In this document: piece by piece, positions 24,361-37,600 of the stretch
Position numbering within the stretch: position 1 is the stretch's first letter
Layout: every line of letters starts with the position of its first letter
From: Euprymna scolopes
Lineage: Eukaryota
NCBI GenBank assembly: GCA_053919585.1
Contig: CM132816.1
Direction: 5' to 3' (one strand)
Length of the DNA stretch: 64,000 nucleotides
Notes under the pieces: generated by a model
Database searches by the model: none
Told to the model about the DNA's origin: nothing
What the model saw: only the letters and a program-made list of their open reading frames with translations
Translations under genes and position numbers: made by a program

Positions 24361-26316
24361 AGAAATAATGGAATGTACTTTAAAAAACTGTTAATAAGTG
24401 ATAGGTGGAAAATTTTCCTGAGAAACTTATTAAGTACAGTAATATTAATGAATTCAATGTTGCCAATTCAAAGTTTATAACCAGTAATTAACTAGATAAT
24501 AGAGAGAAAGTGACTTTAATTTCAGTGGAATTCAAGAATTTATTTTGACATTTTGTCTGTACAACTTGAATAAATCTATGGTGTCCCGCTGGTCAACCCC
24601 CAACGCAACTGAAATTAATCGCATGAGTTGCAATACACCATAGGTGTTTCATCATTGGCGAAATCATCCCAAGATTGTTTGGTTTGGGCAAAGTATTGTC
24701 CAACGTGTCCAACCTCATTCATTAAAAAATATTTAATAATCTATTAATATTTATTCTAGTTAATAAATGTTCTATAAATTTGTTTCACCTAACACCAAAT
24801 AAGTTGGCGTACATGAACGTGTGCAAATCATACAAAAACATTTTGACGTCCTAATTTAAAAAAAAAAAAAAATGTCCAATAAAATCCATGTTAAACAAAA
24901 TGATCCTAATGAAATCGCAGTTGAGACCCGGAGGGAGAATTTGGATTTCCGGCAGATAAAATAACACTTAAGTGCTGATTCAATAAAAAGTAAGGTGATT
25001 ATTTTTGTATGAGAAATTTTACATCGTATTAGAAAATAAAATGAGTTCTGATCAGTTCACATCATCCAATTCCAAGGTTCATTTTCAATATTAGAAAAAA
25101 ACAAACGATTTTGGTAAATGTCATGATAAAACAGATCCAGAAATTGAATCTTGACCAACGACACTTAAAAGCTTAAAAGCCTCTGATCCGAATTATTTGA
25201 ATTTAGTTTAACTTTCTATTGTTTGGCATATGAAGAGAATCTGCAGGAACTGTTCAAAGTTACAGAGAAAGTTATGATCGTAAACACTCGAAACTTAAGA
25301 GCATAAGTTATTGTGGGATTAATTTAAAAATGGTCCCATACTTTTAATTTAAATTTTCTTTTTCATTTCATTTTTGGGGTTCAATTTTTTTGGTTGCCAG
25401 TTCATCGGGACCATGTAGGTCTTCTGCTTCTAGCTGAAATTTTCCTGTCAAACTGACTTCCAGGTTTGTCAGTGGAGTTGGAAAAAGAAAAAGAAGTTGC
25501 ATCCTTTCTGCTTCATTTGTTCCATGATCATGATCCTGATTTGCTTGTTCCTAAATAGGAACAATAGGACAGAGTTAGACACCAGGCTCGTTTTTTTAAT
25601 GTGGAGAAAAGGAACAAAAATAAAAATTGTCTCAGTCGTTGAGGATTTCTCCTCCACTGACAAAGAAATTGAAGTGCAGCATCTGAAGAACAGATCTTGA
25701 CCAACGACACTTAAAAGCTGCAGTTGCGCGCATTAAAACTTCCGTCACGTACACAATTCCATTATGCTTAAGCATATCTGCGTCTTCACGTGGAAAAATA
25801 TTTTTTGATCCAATTCGAGCCAGTCTTACCGACATTGGAAACGTCTCGTCTTCGCCGACAACAACTTACAGCCATCGCTGTCGTCGCCATAACCAACCAA
25901 CTAACCAGCCTTATTTTTTATTTTTTAAAAACAATGTTTACAAAATGTCTACGCACGTTCGTAGACATTTTGTAAACATTGTTTTTAAAAAATAAAAAAT
26001 AATACTTCTATTATGTTTTAAACGACTGTAATAGTTTATTTTGGAAGTATATTTCATAAAGAAAATTGAAACCCACTTTAAAAACAGAAATTACGAGTTT
26101 TATATATTTTATTCGCAGTTTTTTGTTGGGGGTGTCAAAAATTCCGCCTAAAATTCTGATACACCTACCGGATCACGTGACTCTTCTGGCGGCCATGTTG
26201 TAAGCCCTAACGGTATTTTTGGAGATTACCATACTTTTTTTTTACGAACACTTCTTTTTTTTTTTACGTTTATAAAAAACAACCACGCAAAAAAAAAAAA
26301 AAAAAAAAAAAAAAAA

Positions 26317-26858
26317 GGTCGACCTAGACGAGAGTGCCCAAAATGCCGACCAGGACTGAGATATGACACGTGACCGGATGTAATGGAAGAAATATCTCAT
26401 GTATTTAATTTAAGCCGTCGTTTCGTATCTTACAACATCGTATCTTACAACATATACAACAAATATTTTCTGGGTGGACACTAGCTGTTTACTTTGGGCA
26501 TACTGTAATCCTTTCTCCTGGGTAAAATTAAGGAGAATTTCCATTCTTGGAGAAGTAGCCATTTTTTACAAGCGATACGGTAGAGAGAAGAGTGTTGCCA
26601 AAGTAAATTCAAGTGCCTATCAGGGTTGACAGCTTGGTTTCTTTTTCAATTTTGGCTTTTTTCTGATAATTTTATATAAATATTTATAAATTATTAAAGA
26701 TTAAAGAAAAAGTTACAATAAAGTATTTGTTGTATATGTTGTAAGATACGAAACGACGGCTTAAATTAAATACATGAGATATTTCTTCCATTACATCCGG
26801 TCACGTGTCATATCTCAGTCCTGGTCGGCCATTTTGGGCACTCTCGTCTAGGTCGACC
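26317..26858. mobile_element. Fold-back MITE with ~150-bp TIRs (Merlin- or Mutator-like)
   Basis: ggtcgacctagacgagagtgcccaaaatg... and its near-perfect reverse complement ending ...ctaggtcgacc. GG..CC termini inside a poly(A) run are compatible with an 8-9 bp TSD. The interior minus frame reads MATSPRMEILLNFTQEKGLQYAQSKQLVSTQKI. Confidence 0.8.
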
Positions 26859-28400
26859 AAAAAAAAAAACAGGACGAAAAGTCAATTGCCGAAAACATTA
26901 CTTATGTCAGTATTCGTCTCTCGAAATAAGTACCACGTCTTGCACCGGATGATGCACACAAAATTAGAAAATTCAGAATATTGTCTTTTTAACGCTTTTC
27001 CAAGTAATACCTTTCTTTGCTGTGCATTGACTGTATAAAATCGCATCAATCCAATTCGTTCCTTTCTTCTCGATTCGACGACACACGAGAACATATATCG
27101 TCGCTGCCAAAGCCAAGTTTATGGTCCGAATGCCCCTGGGGCAAGATAAAAAGTCTACGTCGAAATAAGTACCTAAGAAGGGACATACAAAGGGGGCGAA
27201 AGTGAAAGAACCCGAGAAATGGCGAAGAATACCACCGCTAATACCCGTCGTCGTCTATGACGGATCACGGGGACTAGACAGTCCCGTAACAAGACGTCGC
27301 GAGTCAAACCAAACTCTTCGACCCTGAGTGTTACTTTCCGTCAACATTAACAGCTTCGTTAACTGAGCCAAGTCTTTTTTAAAATCTGGTCCCCCTTTCT
27401 TTGCTGCGAGGCATTGACTGCGTCTAATTTTGGCCTTATGCCAAAATTAGACGCAGTCAATGCCTCGCAGCACTGAAGACTAAAGCGGAGGAACCCTTAG
27501 CAAAACAAGACGTCAAGAGCCTGTGGGACTAGACAGTCTTATCCAGTTCGTTTCAACGAGCTTCCGTAACAAGACGTCGCGAGTCAAGCCAAACTCTTCG
27601 ACCCTGATCAACCGAGTGTTACTTTCCGTCAACATTGCCTGAGGCTAACCTACTAACTTACCTCATTAGTTCAGTATCGGGTCCGAATGCCCCAGGGCCG
27701 AGATAAAGTCTACATTGCCTAGCTCTAGTTCGCTTCGACCAAGTCAGAGATGACATCCTGTAAGCGATTCGCAAAACTCTAGTAAAATCATCCAAGTTTT
27801 CCGCCGCAGGTATCCGTCAAGTTAAGTTATAGGACAAAATAAAAAGTCTACGTCGCCTCTTATCCAAAATGAGTACCTAACAAGTAGGCCACATATTGCA
27901 CCGGATGATCCACACAAAATCTGTCTCATCGTAACACCGGTCCCCGGATTGTGCGAGCGATAGGGTCCCGGTTTGTGCGGGTTTGAGGTTTGGAAACAAG
28001 TTCTTCGGTCGGGTTTGAGGTTTGGAAACAAGTTCTCATCGCCAGCCAGCAAGGCGTTTTTATGATAATTCCGTCATGTACTGTCTCCATTATGGTCCGA
28101 ATTGCCCCTACGTCGCCTCTTATAACATCCGATCGCCCTTTATAACATCCTAATTAGGCCACGTCTTGCACCGGATGATCCACACAAAATGTCTATTTCC
28201 CAGGACCAATTAGAAAATTCAGAATATTGTCTTTTTAACGCTTTTCCACGAAATACTCTTTGTTCTTGTATAAAATCGCATCAATCCAATTCGTTCTTTT
28301 CTTCTCGATTCGACGACACATGCATCGTCGCTGCCAAAGCCAAGTTAAGTTATGGTCCGAATGCCCCTGGGACAAGATAAAAAGTCTACGTCGAAATAAG

Positions 28401-28687
28401 TGTGGATAAAATGGCTTACCGTTAAAGAGGTTGCGCGTTTGTACCTGGAGAGCACAAACTAAAAATCAAGATGGCGCCCGCATGCGTTTATGTGGAAAAA
28501 AGTCTCGTGGAATCTCGTGGAATCTCGTACCCTGATTCCATAAATAACGAGAAAAGAAAAGCAGGAAGAGAGACGATTTTGAGTCACGAAAACGAACGGA
28601 CGTGTGTAGAAAGAAGAGGTAGAAGAAAAGAGTGTGGTAAACGAAACAAACAACGACTCGGTTGAAAGTAGAGTTGTAACCAACACA
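28401..28687. mobile_element. Solo LTR (287 bp) inserted in the satellite
   Basis: TGTG...CACA termini and a 5-bp TSD ataag (28396-28400, 28688-28692). It interrupts the satellite motif cgaaataagtacctaag. Confidence 0.85.
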
Positions 28688-31600
28688 ATAAGGAACTAAG
28701 GTCTGCTAAAGAAGGTATTCCAACAAAGACGTACGAAGGGGGCGAAAGTTAAAGAACCCAAGAGATGGCGAAGACTCCTATACCACCGCTATACTCGTCG
28801 GCGTCTATCACGGATTAAAACCGGCGGATTCTAGCTGATCAGCATGCCTTGCTACGATTGTTTGAATCGATAAGTTCGGTTCGCAGGCATCTTTGTCAAA
28901 TTTCAAGTTTTCCGCCGCACAATACCAGTCACTGAAGACTAACGCGGAGGAACGCTTAGCAAGACAATTCTAGCCTAGGGACTAGACCGTCTTATCGTTC
29001 CGACCTGCTTCAATTAGTTTCCGTGACGCCTCTTATCGAAAATAAGACCAGATCGAAAATGAGCATACACTGTCTCGAGTATGGTCCGAATTACCCCTAC
29101 GTCGCCCTTTCTAACATTTTAATTAGGCCACGTCTTGCACCGGATGATCCACACAAAATGTCTTTATTTCATCGCCAAAGCAAAGTCCGAATGACCCTGC
29201 GGCAAGATAAATAGTCTACGTCGAAATAAGTACCTAAGAAGTCTGTTAAAGAAGGCATTCCAACTTCAAGACGTACGAAGGGGGGGGGGGGCGAAAGGAT
29301 GGCGAAGACTCCTATACCACCGCTATACTCGTCGGCGTCTATCACGGATTAAAACTGGCGGATTCTAGCTGATCAGCATGCTTTGCTTACGATTGTTTGA
29401 ATCGATAAGTTTGGTTCGCAAGAATCTTTGTCAAAATCCAAGTTTTCCGCCGCACAATACCATTCACTGAAGACTAAAGGGGAGGAACGCTTAGCAAGAC
29501 AATCCAGGGGACGTATCAATCTTATCAATCCGGTTCGTTAGGAGCTTCCGTAACGCCTCTTATCGAAAATTAGACCAGATCGAAAATGATTGTCTTTTTA
29601 ACAAGAAATACTCTTTGTTCTTGTATAAAATCGCATCAATCCAATTCGTTCCTTTCTTCTCCATTCGACGACACATGAGAACATGCCTCGTCGCTGCTAA
29701 AGCAAAGTTATGGTCCGAATGCCCCTGTGGCAAGATAAATAGTCTACGTCGAAATAAGTACCTAAGAAGTCCGTTAAAGAAGGCATTCCAATTTCAAGAC
29801 GTACGAAGGGCGACGAAAGTTAAAGAACCCGAGAGATGGCGTCTATCACGGATTAAAACCGGCAGATTCTAGCTGATCAGCATGCCTTGCTACGATTGTT
29901 TGATTCGATAAGTTCGGTTCGCAAGCATCTTTGTCAAAATTCAAGTTTTCCGCCGCACAATACAATTCACTGAAGTGGAGGAACGCTTAGCAAGACAATT
30001 CTAGCCTAGGGACTAGACCGTCTTACGTTCCGACCTGCTTCAACGAGCATCCGTAACGCCTTTCATCGAAAATAAGACCAGATCGAAAATGAGCATGTAC
30101 TGTCTCGAGTATGGTCCGAATTACCCCTACGTCGCCTCTTGTAACATCCGATCGCCCTTTCTAACATCCTAATTAGGCCACGTTTTGCACCGGATGATCC
30201 ACACAAAATGTTTTTATTTCATCGTCGCTGCGGCAAGAGTCTACGTCGAAATAAGTACCTAAGAAGTTTGTTAAAGAAGGCATTCCAACTTCAAGACGTG
30301 CGAAAGGACGGCGAATACCAGTCACTGAAGACTAAAGCTTAGCAATACAATTCTGGGGACAAGACCGTCTTATCAATCCAGTTCGTTCCGATCTGCTGCT
30401 TCAACGAGCTCCCGTACCGCCCCTGATCAAAAATTAGTATCCTAACAAGTAGGCCACATATTGCACCGGATGATCCACATAAAATCTGTGTCATCGTAAC
30501 ACCGGTCCCCCTTGCTACGATTGTTTGAATCGATAAGTTTGGTTCGCAAGAATCTTTGTCAAAATCCAAGTTTTCCGCCGCACTCACTGAGGACCAAAGC
30601 GGAGGAACGGTTAGCAAGACAATCCTGGGGACGTATCAATCTTATCAATCCGGTTCGTTAGGAGCTTGCATCGAAAATTAGACAGCGAAAATGATTGTCT
30701 TCTTAACAAGAAATACTTTGTTATTGTATAAAATCGCGTCAATCCAATTTGTCCCTTTCTTCTCGATTCGACCACACATGAGAAAATGCCTCTCACTGCC
30801 AAATTATGGTCCGAATGCCCCTGCGGCAAAATACTCTACGTTGAAATAAGTACCTAAGAAGTCTGTTAAAGCAGCCATTCTAACTTCAAGGGGGGCGAAA
30901 GTTAAAGAACACGAGAGATGGCGAAGACTATACTCGTCGGCGTCTATCACGGATTAAAACCGGCGGATTCTAGCTAGCATGCCTTGCTACGATTGTTTGA
31001 TTCGATAAGTTCGGTTCGCAAGCAACTTTGTCAAAATTCAAGTTTTCCGCCGCACAATACCAGTCACTGAAGACTAAAGCGGAGGAACGCTTAGCAAGAC
31101 AATTCTAGCCTAGGGACTGATCAATCTTATTTATGCAGGTCGTTCCGACCTGCTTCAACGAGCTTCCGTGACGCCTCTTATCGAAAATTAGACCAGATCG
31201 AAAATGAGCATGTACTGTCTCGAGTATAGTCCGAATTACCCCTTCGTCGCCTCTTATAACATCCGATCGCCCTTTCTAACATCCGATTTAGGCCACGTCT
31301 TGCCCCGGATGTCTTTATTTCATAGTCGCTGCCAAAGTCAAGTTATGGTCCGAACGCCCCTGTGGCAAGATAGTCTACGTCGAAATAAGTGCCTAAGAAA
31401 GAAGGCATTCCAACTTCAAGACGTACGAAATGGGGCGAAAGATGGCGAAGACCGCTATACTCGTCGGAGTTCGTTCCGATCTGCTGCTTCAACGAGCTCC
31501 CGTACCGCCTCTTATCGAAAATAAGTCCTGATCGAAAATGAGTATCCTAACAAGTAGGCCACATATTGCACCGGATGATCCACATAAAATCTTTGTGATC

Positions 31601-34600
31601 ATAACACCGGTCCCCCTTGCTACGATTGTTTGAATCAATAAGTTTGGTTCGCAATCCAAGTTTTTCGCCGCATTCACTGAGGACTAAAGCGGAGGAACGC
31701 TTAGCAAGACAATCCTGGGGACGCATCAATCTCATCACTGGTTCGTTAAGATATTGCATAGCGCCTCGTATCGAAAATTAGACCACAACCCAATTTGTCC
31801 CTTTCTTCTCGATTCGATCACACATGAGAAAATGCCTCTCACTGCCAAATCTAAGTTATGCGGCAAAATAAATAGTCTACGTTGAAATAAGTACCTAAGA
31901 AGTCTGTTAAAAAAGGCATTCCAACTTCAAGATGTACGAAGGGGGCGAAAGTTAAAGAACCCGAGATATGGCGGAGACTATACTGGTCGGCGTCTATCAC
32001 GGATTAAAACCAGCGGATTCTAGCTAGCATGCCTTGCTACGATTGTTTCAATCGATAAGTTCGGTTCGTAAGCATTTTGTCAAAATTATAGTTTTCCGCC
32101 GCACAATACCAGTCACTGAAGACTAAAGCGGTGAAACGCCTAGGGACTGATCAATCTTATTAATGCAGGTCGTTCCGATTACCCCTTCGTCGCCTCTTAT
32201 AACATCCGATCGCCCTTTCTAATTAGGCCACGTCTTGCCCCGGATGATCCACACATAATGTCTTTATTTCATCGTCGCTGCCAAAGTCAAGTTATGGTCC
32301 GAATGCCCCTGTGGCAAGATAGTCTACGTCGAAATAAGTGCCTAAGAAAGTAGGCATTCCAACTTCAAGACGTACGAAATGTGACGAATGATGGCGAAGA
32401 CCGCTATACTCGCTGATGTTCGTTCCGATCTGCTGCTTCAACGAGCTCCCGTACCGCCTCTTATAAAAAATAAGTCTTGATCGAAAATGAGTATCCTAAC
32501 AAGTAGGCCACATATTGCACCGGATGATCCACATAAAATCTGTGTCCCCTTTGCTACGATTGTTTGAATCGACAAGTTTGGTTCGAAAGAATCTTTGTCA
32601 AAATCCAAATCCAATCTTATTAATGCAGGTTGTTCTGACCTGCTTCAACGAGCTTCCGTGATGCCTCTCATCGAAAATAAGACCAGATCGAAAATAAGCA
32701 TGTACTGTCTCGAGTATGATCCGAATTACTCCTTATAACATCCGATCGCCCTTCTAACATCTGAAGTGCCTAACAAATAAGGCATTCCAACTTTAAGACG
32801 TACGAAATATGGCGAAAGATGGCGAAGACCGCTATACTCGTCGGAGTTCGTTCGGATCTGCTGCTTCAACGAGCTCCCGTACCGCCTCTTTTTGAAAATA
32901 AGTCCTGATCGAAAATGAGTATCCTAACAAGTAGGCCACATATTGCACCGGATGATCCACATAAAATCTGTGTCATCGTAACACCGGTCCCCCTTGCTAC
33001 GATTGTTTGAATTTGGTTCGCAAGAATCTTTGTCAAAATCCAAGTTTTCCGCCGCACAATACCATTCACTGAGGACTAAAGCGGAGGAACGGTTAGCAAG
33101 ACAATCCTGGGGACGTATCAATCTTATCAATCCGGTTCATTAGGACCTTGCATAACGCCTCTTATCGAAAATTAGACTAGATCGAAAATGATTGTCTTTT
33201 TAACAAGAAATACTCTTCGTTCTCGTATAAAATTGCATCGTACCTTTAATCTCAATTTAACATGAGAAAATGCCTCTCACTGCCAAATCCAAGTTATGGT
33301 TTGAATCGATAAGTTTGGTTCGCAAGAATCGTTGTCAAAATCCAAGTTTTCCGCCGCACAATACCATTCACTGAGGAGTAAAGCGGAGGACGCTTAGCAA
33401 GACAATCCTGGGGACGTATCAATCTTATCAATCCGGTTCGTTAGGACCTTGCATAACGCCTCTTATCGAAAATTAGACTACAGCGAAAATGATTGTCTTT
33501 TTAACAAGAAATACTCTTTGTTCTTGTATAAAATCGCATCGTTCCTTTCATCTCAATTCAACATGAGAAAATGCCTCTCACTGCCAAATCCAAGTTATGG
33601 TTTGAATCGATAAGTTTGGTTCGCAAGAATCTTTGTCAAAATCCAAGTTTTCCGCCGCACAATACCATTCACTGAGGACTAAAGCGGAGGAACGGTTAGC
33701 AAGACAATCCTGGGGACGTATCAATCTTATCAATCCGGTTCGTTAGGACCTTGCATAACGCCTCTTATCGAAAATTAGACTACAGCGAAAATGATTCTTT
33801 TTAACAAGAAATACTCTTTGTTCTTGTATAAAATCGCATCGTTCCTTTCATCTCAATTCAACATGAGAAAATGCCTCTCACTGCCAAATCCAAGTTATGG
33901 TTTGAATCGATAAGTTTGGTTCGCAAGAATCTTTGTCAAAATCCAAGTTTTCCGCCGCACAATACCATTCACTGAGGACTAAAGCGGAGGAACGGTTAGC
34001 AAGACAATCCTGGGGACGTATCAATCTTATCAATCCGGTTCGTTAGGACCTTGCATAACGCCTCTTATCGAAAATTAGACTACAGCGAAAATGATTCTTT
34101 TTAACAAGAAATACTCTTTGTTCTTGTATAAAATCGCATCGTTCCTTTCATCTCAATTCAACATGAGAAAATGCCTCTCACTGCCAAATCCAAGTTATGG
34201 TTTGAATCGATAAGTTTGGTTCGCAAGAATCTTTGTCAAAATCCAAGTTTTTCGCCGCACAATACTGCGGACTAAAGCGGAGGAACGCTTAGCAAGACAA
34301 ATCCTAGGGACGCATCAATCTTATCACTTTGGTTCGTTAGGAGCTTGCATAACGCCTCTTATCGAAAATTAGACCAGATCGAAAATGATTGTCTTTTTAA
34401 CAAGAAATACTCTTTGTTCTTGTATAAAATCGCGTCAATCCAATTTGTCCCTTTCTTCTCGATTCGACCACACATGAGAAAATGCCTCTCACTGCCAAAT
34501 CTAAATTATGGTCCGAATGCCCCTGCGGCAAAATACTCTACGTTGAAATAAGTACCTAAGAAGTCTGTTAAAGAAGGCATTCTAACTTCAAGGGGGGCGA

Positions 34601-37600
34601 AAGTTAAAGAACCCGAGAGATGGCGAAGATATACTCGTCGGCGTCTATCACGGATTAAAACCGGCGGATTCTAGCTAGCATGCCTTGCTACGATTGTTTG
34701 ATTCGATAAGTTCGGTTCGCAAGCAACTTTGTCAAAATTCAAGTTTTCCGCCACACAATACCAGTCGCTGTAGACTAAAGCGGAGAAACGCTTAGCAAGA
34801 CAATTCTAGCCTAGGGACTGATCAATCTTATTTATGCAGGTTGTTCCGACCTGCTTCAACGAGCTTCCGTGACGCCTCTCATTGAAAATAAGACCAGATC
34901 GAAAATGAGCATGTACTGTCTCGAGTATGGTCCGAATTACCCCTACGTCGCCTCCTATAACATCCGATCGCCCTTTCTAACATCCGACTTAGGCCACGTC
35001 TTGCCCCGGATGATCAACACATGAGGTCTTTATTTCATCGTCGCTGTTATGGTCCGAATGCCCCAATGGCAAGATAGTCTACGTCGAAAGAAGGCATTCC
35101 AACTTCAAGACGTACGAAATGGGGCGAAAGATGGCCAAGACCGCTATACTCGTCGGAATTCGTTCCGATCTGCTGCTTCAACGAGCTCCCGTACCGCCTC
35201 TTATCGAAAATAAGTCCTGATCGAAAATGAGTATCCTAACAAGTAGGCCACATATTGCACCGGATGATCCACATAAAATCTGTGTCATCCCCCTTGCTAC
35301 AATTGTTGGAATCGATAAGATTGGTTCACAATCCAAGTTTTTCGCCGCACAATACCATTCACTGAGGACTAAAGCGGAGGAACGCTTAGCAAGACAATCC
35401 TAGGGCCGTATCAATCTTATCAATCCGGTTCGTTAGGAGCTTCTTATCGAAAATTAGACCAGATCGAAAATGATTGTCTTTTTAACAAGAAATACTCTTC
35501 GTTCTTGTATAAAATTGCATCGTTCCTTTCATCTCAATTCAACATGAGAAAATGCCTCTTACTGCCAAATCCAAGTTATGGTTTGAATCGATAAGTTTGG
35601 TTCGCAAGAATCTTTGTCAAAATCCAAGTTTTCCGCCGCACAATACCATTCACTGAGGACTAAAGCGGAGGAACGGTTAGCAAGACAATCCTGGGGACGT
35701 ATCAATCTTATCAATCCGGTTCGTTAGGACCTTGCATAACGCCTCTTATCGAAAATTAGACTACAGCGAAAATGATTCTTTTTAACAAGAAATACTCTTT
35801 GTTCTTGTATAAAATCGCATCGTTCCTTTCATCTCAATTCAACATGAGAAAATGCCTCTCACTGCCAAATCCAAGTTATGGTTTGAATCGATAAGTTTGG
35901 TTCGCAAGAATCTTTGTCAAAATCCAAGTTTTTCGCCGCACAATACTGCGGACTAAAGCGGAGGAACGCTTAGCAAGACAATCCTAGGGACGCATCAATC
36001 TTATCACTTTGGTTCGTTAGGAGCTTGCATAACGCCTCTTATCGAAAATTAGACCAGATCGAAAATGATTGTCTTTTTAACAAGAAATACTCTTTGTTCT
36101 TGTATAAAATCGCGTCAATCCAATTTGTCCCTTTCTTCTCGATTCAACCACACATGAGAAAATGCCTCTCACTGCCAAATCTAAATTATGGTCCGAATGC
36201 CCCTGCGGCAAAATACTCTACGTTTAAATAAGTACCTAAGAAGTCTGTTAAAGAAGGCATTCTAACTTCAAGGGGGGCGAAAGTTAAAGAACCCGAGAGA
36301 TGGCGGAGACTATACTCGTCGGCGTCTATCACAGATTGAAACCGGCGGATTCTTGCTAGCAAGCCTTACTACGATTGTTTGAATCGATAAGTTTGGTTCG
36401 CAAGAATCATTGTCAAAATCCAAGTTTTTCGCTGCGGACTAAAGCGGACGAACGCTTAGCAAACAATCCTGGGGACGCATCTATCTTATGACTTGCATTC
36501 GTTAGGAGCTTGCATAACGAAAATTAGACTACAGCGAAAATGATTGTCTTTTTAACAAGAAATACTCTTTGTTCTTGTATAAAATTGCATCGTTCCTTTC
36601 ATCTCAATTCAACATGAGAAAATGCCTCTCACTGCCAAATCCAAGTTATGGTTTGAATCGATTTGGTTCGCAAGAATCTTTGTCAAAATCCAAGTTTTTC
36701 GCCGCACAATACTGCGGACTAAAGCGGAGGAACGCTTAGCAAGACAATCCTAGGGACGCATCAATCTTATCACTTTGGTTCGTTAGGAGCTTGCATAACG
36801 CCTCTTATCGAAAATAAGACCAGATCGAAAATGATTGTCTTTTTAACAAGAAATACTCTTTGTTCTTGTATAAAATCGCGTCAATCCAATTTGTCCCTTT
36901 CTTCTCGATTCAACCACACATGAGAAAATGCCTCTCACTGCCAAATCTAAATTATGGTCCGAATGCCCCTTCGGCAAAATACTCTACGTTGAAATAAGTA
37001 CCTAAGAAGTCTGTTAAAGAAGGCATTCTAACTTCAAGGGGGGCGAAAGTTAAAGAACCCGAGAGATTGCGAAGATTATACTCGTCGGCGTCTATCACGG
37101 ATTAAAACCGGCGGATTCTTGCTAGCAAGCCTTGCTACGATTGTTTGATTCGATAAGTTCGGTTCGCAAGCAACTTTGTCAAAATTCAAGTTTTCCGCCA
37201 CACAATACCAGTCACTGTAGACTAAAGCGGAGAAACGCTTAGCAAGACAATTCTAGCCTAATGACTGATCAATCTTATTTATGCAGGTTGTTCCGACCTG
37301 CATCAACGAGCTTCCGTGACGCCTCTCATTGAAAATTAGACCAGATCGAAAATGAGCATGTACTGTCTCGAGTATGGTCCGAATTACCCCTACGTCGCCT
37401 CCTATAACATCCGATCGCCCTTTCTAACATCTGACTTAGGCCACGTCTTGCCCCGGATGATCAACACATGAGGTCTTTATTTCATCGTCGCTGTTATGGT
37501 CCGAATGCCCCAATGGCAAGATAGTCTACGTCGAAAGAAGGCATTCCAACTTCAAGACGTACGAAATGGGGCGAAAGATGGCCAAGACCGCCATACTCGT

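Noticed and set aside
27880-27925. C2H2 zinc-finger remnant (HILHRMIHTK) as the source of the satellite
   Set aside because: HxxxH is present, but there is no upstream CxxC or aromatic residue and no TGEKP linker.
28930-28970. Hammerhead in the satellite monomer (CTGAAGA-ctaaagcg gaggaa cgcttag-CAAGAC)
   Set aside because: CUGANGA and a helix are present, but the required GAAA after helix II is replaced by CAAG. Many copies also read CTGAGGA, CTGTAGA or CTGCGGA, and no helix I was found.
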